A DNA stretch of 64,000 nt. Source: Candidatus Zixiibacteriota bacterium. GTDB lineage: Bacteria; Zixibacteria; MSB-5A5; GN15; JAAZOE01. Both the position numbers and the translations under genes were made by a program. Under the pieces are notes generated by a model. That model saw only the letters and a list, made by a program, of their open reading frames with translations, made no database searches and was not told the DNA's origin. The stretch lies in contig JBDREQ010000020.1 in NCBI GenBank assembly GCA_043819555.1, forward strand, positions 89,132-153,131. Direction: 5' to 3'. Positions 20,021-30,405 of this stretch are shown piece by piece; within the stretch, counting starts at the first letter, position 1; the number at the start of each line of letters is the position of its first letter.

Positions 20021-21022
20021 ATGCCGGCCAATCTGCCGCCGCAATATTATGAGCTGGAGCGAGTCTTTAAGGCCGAACGGGATCCCAGGGAAAAACTGCG
20101 TCTGGCTCAGGAGCTTCTGGCGATGATGCCTAAACATAAGGGCACCGATAAGCTGCAGGCTGATCTTAAATCCAAAATATCCAAGCTCAAAAAACAACTG
20201 ATTTCCGGCGGAAACAAAGCCGGAGCGGCCAAATCGACTTCACTTGACCATATTGACAAAGAGGGCGCGGGACAGGTTGCTCTGATTGGTCCTCCCAACT
20301 CCGGCAAATCCTCGTTGGTTGACGCTTTGACCAACGCCCGTCCGATGATTGCCGATTACCCCTACACTACTCGCGAACCGGTGGCGGGGATGATGCCATA
20401 TGAGACAATTCAGATTCAACTGATCGATACGCCTCCGATTTCCCCAGATATGTTTGAACCCTGGATGCTGGGAATAATCCGCAATGCCGATTTGATTTGC
20501 CTGGTTGCCGGAGTCGGCGACGATGGTTTCGAAGAACGGGTGCAGTATGTCTTTGATAAACTCAAAGAGCGGCGAGTAATCCTGACTCACGCTATCCCAA
20601 ATCCGGAAGATGTGGACGATCCCAGCCTGGCATATAAACGAACGATAATCGCGGCCCATAAATTTTATGACGATGGGGGTGGGAAGCGTTTTAGTAGGTT
20701 TACCGAGCTCTATCCCGGATTTTCCGTCATTGGTACCTCGATTCTCGATGAAGAGACGCTCGAGAGATTCAAAAAGATGATGTTTGATAATTTGAATATC
20801 ATGCGCGTTTATACCAAAACTATCGGGCATGAACCGGATTTTACAGATCCAATTATAGTTCCACCCGGTTCGACAGTCGAAGAAGCGGCTTTGATGCTCC
20901 ATAAAGATTTTGCCTACAAACTGCAGTTCGCCAAAATTTGGGGCTCCGGCAAATACGACGGCCAACGAGTTCAAAAATCATATGTCCTTCGGGACAAAGA
21001 CATCATCGAATTTCATATTTAG
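20021..21022 (+). CDS. DRG/OBG-like GTPase with C-terminal TGS domain
   Basis: PKHKGTDKL helix, GPPNSGKSS, YPYTT, DTPP, TGS (STVEEAALMLHKDF...AKIWGSGKYDGQRV...DKDIIEFH); TTGACG-17-TATTAT promoter and GGAGGAGG RBS. Confidence 0.9.
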   Translation: MPANLPPQYYELERVFKAERDPREKLRLAQELLAMMPKHKGTDKLQADLKSKISKLKKQLISGGNKAGAAKSTSLDHIDKEGAGQVALIGPPNSGKSSLVDALTNARPMIADYPYTTREPVAGMMPYETIQIQLIDTPPISPDMFEPWMLGIIRNADLICLVAGVGDDGFEERVQYVFDKLKERRVILTHAIPNPEDVDDPSLAYKRTIIAAHKFYDDGGGKRFSRFTELYPGFSVIGTSILDEETLERFKKMMFDNLNIMRVYTKTIGHEPDFTDPIIVPPGSTVEEAALMLHKDFAYKLQFAKIWGSGKYDGQRVQKSYVLRDKDIIEFHI

Positions 21023-21068
21023 AAAGTTGGAGCCTGAAATGCTCCAGCCATATCGTATGATAACTATA

Positions 21069-21670
21069 GATCGTCGCGTCGTTCCGCATGGCGGAACTCC
21101 TCGCGATGACCGGTAAAGAGAAAAAGCCGAAGTTATCCACATTTTGTTTCATAAAATTCCTTATAATACGATGTATTTCTGTTGGTTACAGCAAATTGGC
21201 TTTGTTCTGTCATTTTTCAGGCAAAAGCCTGTTTTCAGCTGTCGCGCGGTTGACTTGGTATCGGTTCACCGCTTCTCCAAGGAAGCGACAGGACCTGTGC
21301 GAAACTTCTAAAATGGGTTTGTTTGCTCAGATTAACGTTTTTGGTCATATCAAATCGGTGTTGATTGTGGCAAAAGCCACTTATTGGCTGTCGTATAGAT
21401 AACTTGGATTTTTCCGGCAGGGGTCGCTTGCGTGAGACCCGAAGATTCGTCACAACATTTGGGACGGGCTCGTCGCGACGAGCCCCTACGATTCCGTATA
21501 TCTTTTTTTATATAATCCATACTACTAAACGTTGATTGTTTCGGAAACAATGGGGGATTGGTTGGGTAATTGTAATTATACGGGTGAGGGATTGTCGGAA
21601 AATTGGGGAAGGCGACAACTCGAGAGTTGTCGCTACGTAAAGTAACACACCGCGCCCCTGCGGGTGATGG
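21069..21670. repeat. Cluster of heterogeneous REP-like palindromes
   Basis: Hairpins at about 21069-21110, 21418-21455, 21461-21490 (minus strand CGTAGGGGCTCGTCGCGACGAGCCC) and 21605-21637 (minus strand CGTAGCGACAACTCTCGAGTTGTCGC); GTAG foot typical of REPs. Confidence 0.65.
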
Positions 21671-21886
21671 CTTTATTGTAATTTGTTTCATTTTACATAT
21701 GGTGATGATTTCGGAAATAGAGGAAAACAGGGTAGATAAATGCTATTTTTATATACGGAACTCGAAGGTGGAAATTCTAAATATTAGCAGGATCGTGGCG
21801 GTCCTGCCCCACTGGCGCAATAGCAATTTCGCAAAAAAAAAGGCCGATATCAGTCGGCCTTTTGAATTCTATATCATCAGATCAAT

Positions 21887-24538
21887 TTACGGACAATCAA
21901 AACATGGTGGCGGGCCGCCTTTGAAGACGGTGCTGATCATATATACCGCATCGCCAACATTGCATTGATCGTCGCAGTTGGAATCGCATGCTTCAAATGG
22001 GTAAGGGGGGGGACCGCCTTTAAAAACATGATTAATGACAAACACCGCGTCCCCAACGTTAACTTCATCATCACCATTGGCGTCGCCGCATTTAAAAGGA
22101 CTTACCAAATTAACAGACACTATCATTCTTGTCTGCACATCCGGCTGCGGGTCAGCCCAGGGATTAAAATCAGGATCATTTGAGCCTATATCGATATAAA
22201 AATCATTCCGACCTTCCTGTAAAGCGGTGGGATCAATTTCAAATGCGAATATTGTTGTATCTCCCGGACCAAGAATTTCAGCAGTAGTTTCATTGCCGGA
22301 CGGCGGATTGTACCAACTTACCCAGCTTGGCGGTATTTGGCTTTCAGCATTTTTGTTTGCCTTTGGAGGAGTACCGGCAACGAGTGTAGCAGTATATTCA
22401 AGCATCTCGTAGCCAAGGTTGGCAATGGCGGCACCGTTAATAAATCGGAAAACAGGTTCGGTTTCAGTGGCCAAAATTGAATCGAGAGATAAAATGATTT
22501 GGGGAATATGCATTCTGGGCCGATAAGTTTGCTCAACCGCAAAGGCATACAGATAAGCATAAAAATCTCCTGAGGCTGGAGTGCTCCAATCGCATGTGAC
22601 GACATAATTCTTACCGTCAGAGCCATGGGCAATTGCGGTTGCCAACGGATAATCAAGATGATATTGTAGCAGGAATTCACCGGTTTCGGCGTCGTGTATC
22701 CTCCATCTACCATTACGCGTACCTGAGAAGATGTATGGATCGCATGTTAATGATGGAGGCATTGGAAGATAATCTGCATTGGTATCAATGTCTTCTTCCT
22801 GCCATACAATTGTGTTAGTCTCAATATCGACAGCTTTTAAACCCAAATCTGATTGCGGTGAAGGATAATCGCTGCCGAAATAAGCAATTCCATTATAAAC
22901 CGCGGGAGTAGAATACAGTGAACGCCCCATCTCGTAATCACTCCATTGCTCTACCCCGAAATCGACATTGAGATTAATTCTATATCCATCATGCCCATTA
23001 TTGGCCTCCGGGAATCCGACATTGGCATGGGCAAGAAGATTGCCTTTATAAAAGACCGGACTGGATGTAAATCCATCCGAAAGGGTTGATTGATTGATAT
23101 TTCTATATTCCCATTGCATGGCCAAAGAACCATCGGCGGATATAGCCCAAATTGATCCCGGTCCGGAAGAGCCTGATGCGGTGCCAAAAAAGAGTAAATC
23201 CCCGAATAGATCAGAATGTCCAAAACAGGGGGAGTTCCAGACGTTGGCGCCCACTGAATAATAATTAAGAACATAGCCGGTATATTTGTCTACCATATAA
23301 ATACATCCGTCCTGAGTTCCAAAAAATACGTAGTCACCAACTATGACGCTATGTGCCCAACGAGTCGCACCGTGAGAACTGCATGGAAGAGGATCGTCGG
23401 ACATTAATCCTTTTGCCCATATAATGTTTCCAGTACTGCCATCCGCGCATATAAATCCGGCGGCCGACCCAGTTCCAAAATAAATATAACCGGTTTCTAA
23501 ATCTACGGTCGGGGCGCTTCTCGCTTCACCTAAGAATAAATTGGAATAACTGGGATGAGTATAAGCACTCCATATAAGTTCGCCGGTCAATAAATCATAG
23601 GCATGAATCCCAGCATTTACAGATGTTATATAAACAATGTCATTAGCGATTACCGGAGAAGCAAAACGAGGGTAGTCATGTCCGGAAATTTGAGATGCCC
23701 ATTGGCGAGTGAGACCGGTAATATCACCCAGTTTTATTCCAGAGCGGGATGTACGGCCGTAGTCGTGCGCATACGTGGGCCATTGGTCATTGGGATCGCA
23801 GACATCCAAATCACAGTCATTGGATGTCGAACTTTCCCCTTCCGACCAAAGCATAAGATGATCCATACCCTGGTCAACAACCAGATCTTTCCAGCCGACC
23901 CCCCAATCATTATATAGCGCACAGGCACGGGCCGATGAAGGATTATCCGCCCATATTCCAATTGTTCCCCATCCGATATATTCTGAAAACAAAATACCGG
24001 CAAAATATGGACCATTGACACAAAACGGACTACTGAAATAAATAGTTAAATCGAATACCATGCCAGTTGCCGGAATTGAAACGTCTAATAATGAACCGGT
24101 TAAAAGAACTTCACCCGGTTTGGGACAACCGGGCTCAGAATAATCGACATCCCAGATCATTACTCTTATTCCATTCAGATTAATAGAGGAGGTGGTCACA
24201 TTTAGTAATTGCATCCTGACAAAATCTACTCCAAAAGGATAGGTATCAGTGCAGCCCTGTTCTGATGGATCCTGGTAAACGGCATAGTATTCGTTGCCGG
24301 TGTACCAATTAAGATAATAACCATTTATTGGCCCCTGGAATTTACCCGTGCATCCCGCCGCTGATGATTTATTTTGCTTATCGCCTAAATCTAGGATATT
24401 GGAGGTGATGATTTTTTTTGAAGATGTTTTTTCGGGTTTTTCCGAATCGATTATGAAAATTTCATCAGCTGCCCAGATATTGGCTGCGCCGATCAACATG
24501 AAAATGATGGCAGTGAATAGAGAAATGGACTTTTGCAT
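21887..24538 (-). CDS. Secreted PQQ-like beta-propeller protein with C-terminal dockerin-like double repeat
   Basis: Signal peptide; WPTYAHDYGRT and repeated SP/AP...YFG...DxxTG..W blades; C-terminal CGDANGDDEVNVGDAVFVINHVFKGGPPP motif twice. Confidence 0.85.
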   Translation of the reverse strand: MQKSISLFTAIIFMLIGAANIWAADEIFIIDSEKPEKTSSKKIITSNILDLGDKQNKSSAAGCTGKFQGPINGYYLNWYTGNEYYAVYQDPSEQGCTDTYPFGVDFVRMQLLNVTTSSINLNGIRVMIWDVDYSEPGCPKPGEVLLTGSLLDVSIPATGMVFDLTIYFSSPFCVNGPYFAGILFSEYIGWGTIGIWADNPSSARACALYNDWGVGWKDLVVDQGMDHLMLWSEGESSTSNDCDLDVCDPNDQWPTYAHDYGRTSRSGIKLGDITGLTRQWASQISGHDYPRFASPVIANDIVYITSVNAGIHAYDLLTGELIWSAYTHPSYSNLFLGEARSAPTVDLETGYIYFGTGSAAGFICADGSTGNIIWAKGLMSDDPLPCSSHGATRWAHSVIVGDYVFFGTQDGCIYMVDKYTGYVLNYYSVGANVWNSPCFGHSDLFGDLLFFGTASGSSGPGSIWAISADGSLAMQWEYRNINQSTLSDGFTSSPVFYKGNLLAHANVGFPEANNGHDGYRINLNVDFGVEQWSDYEMGRSLYSTPAVYNGIAYFGSDYPSPQSDLGLKAVDIETNTIVWQEEDIDTNADYLPMPPSLTCDPYIFSGTRNGRWRIHDAETGEFLLQYHLDYPLATAIAHGSDGKNYVVTCDWSTPASGDFYAYLYAFAVEQTYRPRMHIPQIILSLDSILATETEPVFRFINGAAIANLGYEMLEYTATLVAGTPPKANKNAESQIPPSWVSWYNPPSGNETTAEILGPGDTTIFAFEIDPTALQEGRNDFYIDIGSNDPDFNPWADPQPDVQTRMIVSVNLVSPFKCGDANGDDEVNVGDAVFVINHVFKGGPPPYPFEACDSNCDDQCNVGDAVYMISTVFKGGPPPCFDCP

Positions 24539-24828
24539 GGATTTCTCCTGATATATGCGCTTTTCAGGTCTATCATTGATATTAATTAAGTGCCTTTTTG
24601 CCCCCTTATAAAGGTGTTCGTTCGAAAAATAAAACTACATAACCTAAAATACCGATTATGGGCCAATTTGTCAACGGAAAAACGCACAGTACTCTGCTTC
24701 ACAGAAACAGGTGGCATTCTCATTAGTAAATGGTCTGAAGTCCCATAGATTCTATTCTTGCAACTGCGACAGGGAAACATGACAAGAAAAATGTAACAAA
24801 ATTGTACGATTTTCGTTAATTTCTGATT

Positions 24829-25380
24829 ATGAAGCAGCCTAAATTACATACTGAAAGAATAATTCTGAGGCCGTTTGAACTGTCCGATGCCGGTGTCGTT
24901 CAGAGACTAGCCGGTGAATTTGAAATCGCCGATACGACTATTCTAATTCCGCATCCATACGAAGACGGGATGGCGGAAGAATGGATTTCCACGCATCAAC
25001 CGCAGTTCGAAGCGGGGGAGATTGCCAATTTTGCGATTACGCTGATCGAATCCGGGGATTTGATCGGCGCTATCGGGTTGGTTATTAACCAGCGACATAA
25101 TCATGCCGAGATGGGTTATTGGATCGGTAAACCATATTGGTCAAAGGGGTATTGCACCGAGGCGGCTCGTGCCATATTGGAATTTGGTTTCACTGAGTTA
25201 AGCCTGCATCGCATTCATGCGCATTATATGACGCGAAACATCGCCTCCGGGAAGATTATGGAAAAACTCGGGATGACTCGGGAGGGATTGATGCGGCAAC
25301 ATATCAAAAAGTGGGATAAGTTCGAAGATATAATTTTGTATGGGATATTGAAATCGGATTGGGAGCTGGCGGGCAGTTGA
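24829..25380 (+). CDS. RimJ/RimL-family GNAT N-acetyltransferase
   Basis: LHTERIILRPF, AEMGYWIGKPYWSKGYCTEA, NIASGKIMEKLGMTREG. Confidence 0.93.
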   Translation: MKQPKLHTERIILRPFELSDAGVVQRLAGEFEIADTTILIPHPYEDGMAEEWISTHQPQFEAGEIANFAITLIESGDLIGAIGLVINQRHNHAEMGYWIGKPYWSKGYCTEAARAILEFGFTELSLHRIHAHYMTRNIASGKIMEKLGMTREGLMRQHIKKWDKFEDIILYGILKSDWELAGS

Positions 25381-25407
25381 ATTTAGTATTGCATGCCAGG
25401 CTTTGAT

Positions 25408-25495
25408 ACGTGATGCATAAAGGGGCAGACGAGGACGTCTGCTGCCCACGAACGTGATGTATAAAGGGGCAGCGAGGACGTCTGCTGCCCACGAA
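25408..25495. repeat. Tandem duplication of a 44-bp REP-like palindrome
   Basis: ACGTGATG(C/T)ATAAAGGGGCAG(A)CGAGGACGTCTGCTGCCCACGA twice, between convergent genes; internal stem GCAGACG/CGTCTGC with a GTGG foot on the minus strand. Confidence 0.85.
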
Positions 25496-25548
25496 AATAT
25501 GTGACAAAAATCCCAGCATAGGGTTTTAAAAATTCGTCTGATGGCTAT

Positions 25549-26673
25549 TCATACCAAAGCTTTTCTGGTAAATTTATTTTTAAGCTGAGGATGAACAAAT
25601 TTGCCGTTTTTGCGAATCAGTTTACCATCAAACCAGATCTCCCCGCCGCCATAATCGGGACGCTGAATGCAGACCAAATCCCAGTGGATGGCGGATTTAT
25701 TGCCGTTATCGGCTTCATCGTAACATGCGCCCGGAGTAAAGTGAAAAGAACCATCGATTTTTTCGTCAAAGAGAGTATCCATCATTGGTTCTTTAATCAT
25801 AGGATTGACTCCGATGGCGAATTCGCCGATATATCTCGCCCCGGCGTCCGTATCAAGATGCTTATTCAGTTTTTCGTTATTATTAGAGCAAGCGGCTTTG
25901 ATGATTTTCCCGTTTTTGAATTCAAAGCGAATATCGGTGAAAAGGCTTCCTTCGTAGAGAGAAGCGGTATTGAAAGAGATGACTCCATTGACGGAGTTTT
26001 TTACCGGGGCGGTGAAAACTTCACCGTCGGGGATATTGAATTCGCCATCGCACTTGATGACATTAATGCCCTTGATAGAGAAAGTCAGGTCGGTGCCTTT
26101 GCCTTTGATATGAACTTTGTCGGTTTTTTTCATCAGTTTCACGAGGGGATCCATCGCTTTTGACATTTTGGCATAATTGACGCAGCAGACATCGTAATAA
26201 AAATTGGCAAATTTCTCTTGCGGTTGTTTGGCCAGTTGCGCCATGGCGTAATCGGGATAGCGAACTGCAACCCATTTTTTACTTTTGGTTATGATGTTGG
26301 ACATAACCGGTTGATAGAAATCTTTGCGAATCATTTGCTTCGTTTTTGGGGGAATGTCGGTCATCTCGAATGGATTATTGGCTCCCGCAATGCTGATGTA
26401 GCAGTCGCAATCTCGAGCTATTTTCTTAAAGAGTGACGCATATCGCTTGAGCTGTTTATCATTCATTTTCAGACAGAATTGTCTCATATAGGCATCGTCG
26501 GAAAACATCCAGAACGGGACGCCGCCAACCTCGGTTACTTTGCGAATCAGGCTAAAACCCAAATCGCGGGCGCTGTCGCCTTTTACTGATATGACAACCA
26601 GTTCTCCTTTTTTCACTCGGCAGGAATAATTGACAAGGACGTCAGCCAGTTTATCATTGCGTGGATCATTCAT
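25549..26673 (-). CDS. M29-family aminopeptidase (AmpS/AmpT type)
   Basis: MNDPRNDKLADVLVNYS, NIPDGEVFTAP, GARYIGEFAIG, LFDEKIDGSFHFTPG, NKSAIHWDLV. Confidence 0.95.
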   Translation of the reverse strand: MNDPRNDKLADVLVNYSCRVKKGELVVISVKGDSARDLGFSLIRKVTEVGGVPFWMFSDDAYMRQFCLKMNDKQLKRYASLFKKIARDCDCYISIAGANNPFEMTDIPPKTKQMIRKDFYQPVMSNIITKSKKWVAVRYPDYAMAQLAKQPQEKFANFYYDVCCVNYAKMSKAMDPLVKLMKKTDKVHIKGKGTDLTFSIKGINVIKCDGEFNIPDGEVFTAPVKNSVNGVISFNTASLYEGSLFTDIRFEFKNGKIIKAACSNNNEKLNKHLDTDAGARYIGEFAIGVNPMIKEPMMDTLFDEKIDGSFHFTPGACYDEADNGNKSAIHWDLVCIQRPDYGGGEIWFDGKLIRKNGKFVHPQLKNKFTRKALV

Positions 26674-26893
26674 TGGGATATTCCTTATAAATAGATTTTT
26701 TAGTTTACGGTTCTTAATCATGTCGAATTTATAATAATCGCATATAGATATCAAGGCGTTACATAAATATTCTTATAATTCGTATGATGCTATAAAATTA
26801 AATGCAGAATGGGAAAAATACAGCTTTGCGATTTCTTCGGTGTTTGATATATTTATCCAACAGCGAAAAACTGATATGTGATTAGGAGGTTTC

Positions 26894-29017
26894 ATGCATA
26901 ATAGTCGCTTTATCCGGTACTTTGCGTTAATTGCGTTTTTTGTTTGCCTGGTATCATGTGAGTTTAAATCGAGCACAAATATTTATTCATACCCTGCGGC
27001 TCATACCGTGGATGTCGTCGATGATTATCATGGAACTCTGGTGGCAGATCCTTATCGATGGCTGGAAGATTTGAATTCTCCCGAAACTCGGACCTGGATT
27101 GCCGCAGAAACGGCAATTACTGACCAATATCTTGAAAATACGGATCGCGAAGAAATGGGAAATGAATTAACCAAGAAGTGGAATTATGTCAGGTACGGTG
27201 ATCTCAGGATTGAAGGGGATTGGTATATATTTGAGAAAAACGAGGGTCTTCAAAATCAATATGTTTATTATAAACAAAAATCATTTTCGGACGCGCCGGA
27301 AGTATTGATTGACCCCAATACTTTGAGTAATGACGGTACGGTCGCGCTCGGATCAATGTATTATTCCAATGATGGTTCGCTGGTCGCCTATACAGTTTCA
27401 CAGTCGGGGAGCGACTGGCGGGAAGTGCGCATCCGCAATGTGGCGACCAATGAAGAATATGACGAGACAATTAGATGGACGAAATTTACCGCTATTGCCT
27501 GGATGAATGATAACTCAGGGTTTTATTATGGCCGATATCCGGATTCCAATCTAGTTGCACTCGAGAACCGCACTCTGGATAACAAAGTTTATTATCATAA
27601 ACTGGGGACGGATCAGGTCGAAGATGAACTTGTTTATGAAGATTCTGAAAATAGGGAACTGGGATTTGACCCCTTCATTACAGAGGACGGTATGTACATA
27701 GTGCTTAGGGTCTGGCGGGGAACGGATGTCGAAAATCGAATATATTATTTGAGGCCGGGGAAAAGTGAGGTTATCAAGCTTATTGATCAACCAGAAGCCG
27801 AATACATTTTCCTGGAGAACATTGGCAATAAATTTTATTTCTTGACGAATAATGAGGCGGCCAATTACAGGATAATCGCGATTGATATAACCAGGCCCCA
27901 AAAATCGAAATGGCATGAAATTATACCGGAAAATGATGATGCCATACATTCGGCCAGGATGATAAATAATCATCTGATCGTTAATTATATGCACAATGCC
28001 TGTAGCGTGCCAAAGATATTTGATCTGAAAGGAAAATTCATTCAGGATATTGAGCTTCCTGTGGCCGGAACAGTCTCCGGCGTTAAGGGGAATAGAATGG
28101 GAACGGAAATGATTTATAGTTTTCAATCATTTACCTATCCCCAGCGTTTCTATCACTATGATTTTGAAACTGGCGAAACCATACTTCGATTACGAGATGA
28201 TATTGAAATTGATTCCGATCTTTATGAAACGAAACAGGTCTTTTTTCCGTCGAAGGATGGTACCAAAATACCGATGTTTATAGTTCATAAAAAAGATTTG
28301 GAAATGAACGGCAATAATCCGACTATTCTAAATGGTTACGGCGGATTTAATTCCAGTTCAAGGCCATATTTTAGTCATACATATTTGTATTGGCTGGAAA
28401 AAGGCGGAATATATGTCAAAGTAAATCTGCGCGGAGGCGGTGAGTTTGGCGAGGAATGGCATAAGGCCGGCATGCTTGACAAAAAGCAGAATGTGTTTGA
28501 TGATTTTATCGCAGCCGCCGAATGGCTGATTGAAAATAAATATACAAGTACACCAAAGTTGGCGATCTGGGGCGGAAGCAATGGAGGATTATTGGTCGCG
28601 GCTTGTATGGTTCAAAGACCAGAACTTTTTAGCGCAGTTGTTTGCAGCGTTCCCGTGATTGATATGCTTCGCTATCATAAATTTACGGCCGGAAGATATT
28701 GGACCGGCGAGTACGGCAATGCCGAAGAAAACCCGGAGCATTTTGAATTTTTATATGCCTATTCGCCGTTGCATAATATAAAACCGGGGATGAAATGTCC
28801 TCCGATAATGGTAACGACTGCGGAATCGGACAATCGCGTCTATCCGGCCCATTCATTGAAATTCGTGGCCGCTATTCAGGCGGCCGATGGAGGAGATAAT
28901 AGTATCCTTTTGCGGTATGAATCAAAGGCCGGTCATGGAGCGGGGAAGCCAATGACAAAGCAGATTAATGAGAAGGCGGAAATTTTTGGATTTTTATTCA
29001 AAGAATTAGGCATGTAA
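26894..29017 (+). CDS. Prolyl oligopeptidase (S9A), probable lipoprotein
   Basis: Lipobox-like LVSC; DPYRWLED, GYGGF, GGSNGG nucleophile, DNRV, GHGAGK. Confidence 0.96.
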   Translation: MHNSRFIRYFALIAFFVCLVSCEFKSSTNIYSYPAAHTVDVVDDYHGTLVADPYRWLEDLNSPETRTWIAAETAITDQYLENTDREEMGNELTKKWNYVRYGDLRIEGDWYIFEKNEGLQNQYVYYKQKSFSDAPEVLIDPNTLSNDGTVALGSMYYSNDGSLVAYTVSQSGSDWREVRIRNVATNEEYDETIRWTKFTAIAWMNDNSGFYYGRYPDSNLVALENRTLDNKVYYHKLGTDQVEDELVYEDSENRELGFDPFITEDGMYIVLRVWRGTDVENRIYYLRPGKSEVIKLIDQPEAEYIFLENIGNKFYFLTNNEAANYRIIAIDITRPQKSKWHEIIPENDDAIHSARMINNHLIVNYMHNACSVPKIFDLKGKFIQDIELPVAGTVSGVKGNRMGTEMIYSFQSFTYPQRFYHYDFETGETILRLRDDIEIDSDLYETKQVFFPSKDGTKIPMFIVHKKDLEMNGNNPTILNGYGGFNSSSRPYFSHTYLYWLEKGGIYVKVNLRGGGEFGEEWHKAGMLDKKQNVFDDFIAAAEWLIENKYTSTPKLAIWGGSNGGLLVAACMVQRPELFSAVVCSVPVIDMLRYHKFTAGRYWTGEYGNAEENPEHFEFLYAYSPLHNIKPGMKCPPIMVTTAESDNRVYPAHSLKFVAAIQAADGGDNSILLRYESKAGHGAGKPMTKQINEKAEIFGFLFKELGM

Positions 29018-29024
29018 AAATGAT

Positions 29025-29060
29025 GCGGCGGTATCTCCGGTCATGATACCGCCGCTTTTT
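29025..29060 (+). terminator. Intrinsic terminator
   Basis: GCGGCGGTATC...GATACCGCCGC followed by TTTTT. Confidence 0.8.
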
Positions 29061-29134
29061 ATTTATATTTATTAATTCATTCATTTCTCGATTTTCCTTG
29101 CAAATAGAAATACCATATTTATCTTAGTCCGATT

Positions 29135-30289
29135 ATGGCCCTCGGGATAAATAAAGTTTCAATAAAGACAATTACCTTTTCGGCAATCGTAATGTGGGTC
29201 GGGTTTTATGCCTGGCGGATAATGTTTAATAATTTCGCGGTTGAGGTGTTTGATGCTTCGCCCACCGATGTCGGCATCATTCAGGCTGTACGCGAAATTC
29301 CGGGACTTCTGGCATTTGGTGCAGGAGCGCTGGCGATCTATTTTACTGAATCCAAAATTGCCTCGCTGGCTCTAATAGCGATGGGGTTAGGACTGCTATT
29401 TTGCGGATTCTCACCTACTTTGGTGGTATTGGGATTGGCGACCGTTATGATGTCATTCGGGTTTCATTATTTTGAACCGGTAAATTCCTCGCAACTCCTG
29501 GCATTATCGGATACCAATGAAGTCGGTAAAACACAGGGTCGTTTACTCTCTAATGAATCAATGGCCGGCTTACTTGGAGCCGGGCTGGTACTCCTGATGA
29601 CGCTGTTTATTAGTTTTCGCAACTCATTCATAATTTTCGGCAGCGCAGTAACGTTAATCGGTTTGTATCTTGTTTTGGCCCTGCCGCCCAATCGAGGCAA
29701 GCAGGAAAAAAGAAAGATCAGGATTAAGAAAAAGTACTGGCTATATTATGCGTTGTCATTTCTACGCGGGTGTCGCCGCCATATTTTCACGACATTCGCG
29801 ATTTTTCTGCTGGTGAAAAATCACGATCTCAGCATCACCGCAGTATCAATGATAATGCTGCTCAATAATTTCATCACCATTTTTACCAATCGTTATCTGG
29901 GGAATTTAAGCGATCGTTACGGAGAGAAATATGTCCTTGTGGGATGCTCGTTCTTTCTGGTATTTATTTTTTGCGGATATGCCTTCGTCAGCCAGTTGTC
30001 GATGTTAATTGCCTTATATGTCATTGATAACGTCCTGTTCGGATCATCCATTGCTCTTAAATCTTATATCAGGAAAATCTCCACTGAGGAAGATTTAACC
30101 GGATGCCTATCGTTCGGAATGACTTCCAATCATATCACGGCAGTTGTAATCCCGATTGCGGGCGGAGTTATGTGGAGCATGTTTGGATATCAGATAACTT
30201 TTTTGGCCGGTGCTTTCATTGTCCTTATAGATTTATTGCTGGCGCTGAAAATGCCGGGTAAGCGAGTGCTGTTGATTGTTTCGAAATAA
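29135..30289 (+). CDS. MFS transporter
   Basis: About 12 hydrophobic segments, REIPGLL, LGNLSDRYGEK loop motif, NHITAVVIP. Confidence 0.9.
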   Translation: MALGINKVSIKTITFSAIVMWVGFYAWRIMFNNFAVEVFDASPTDVGIIQAVREIPGLLAFGAGALAIYFTESKIASLALIAMGLGLLFCGFSPTLVVLGLATVMMSFGFHYFEPVNSSQLLALSDTNEVGKTQGRLLSNESMAGLLGAGLVLLMTLFISFRNSFIIFGSAVTLIGLYLVLALPPNRGKQEKRKIRIKKKYWLYYALSFLRGCRRHIFTTFAIFLLVKNHDLSITAVSMIMLLNNFITIFTNRYLGNLSDRYGEKYVLVGCSFFLVFIFCGYAFVSQLSMLIALYVIDNVLFGSSIALKSYIRKISTEEDLTGCLSFGMTSNHITAVVIPIAGGVMWSMFGYQITFLAGAFIVLIDLLLALKMPGKRVLLIVSK

Positions 30290-30405
30290 TATAGACTTCG
30301 CCATGGTGAAATGTCATCCAGAAAATATTTCTGAGAAAATGCCGATAAAATAAATGTCATGGAAATTATTAATTGTGGATAAGGAAAGACTGAGGTACAG
30401 TTGAT

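Noticed and set aside
21133..21141. Replication origin suggested by a perfect DnaA box
   Set aside because: Single box, no box cluster, and no dnaA/dnaN/gidA context.
21088..21968. ORFs of 70-120 aa in the GTPase-PQQ intergenic region
   Set aside because: They overlap palindromic repeats, lack RBSs and show no protein-like motifs.
25408..25495. CRISPR array
   Set aside because: Only two adjacent units with no unique spacers and no cas genes.
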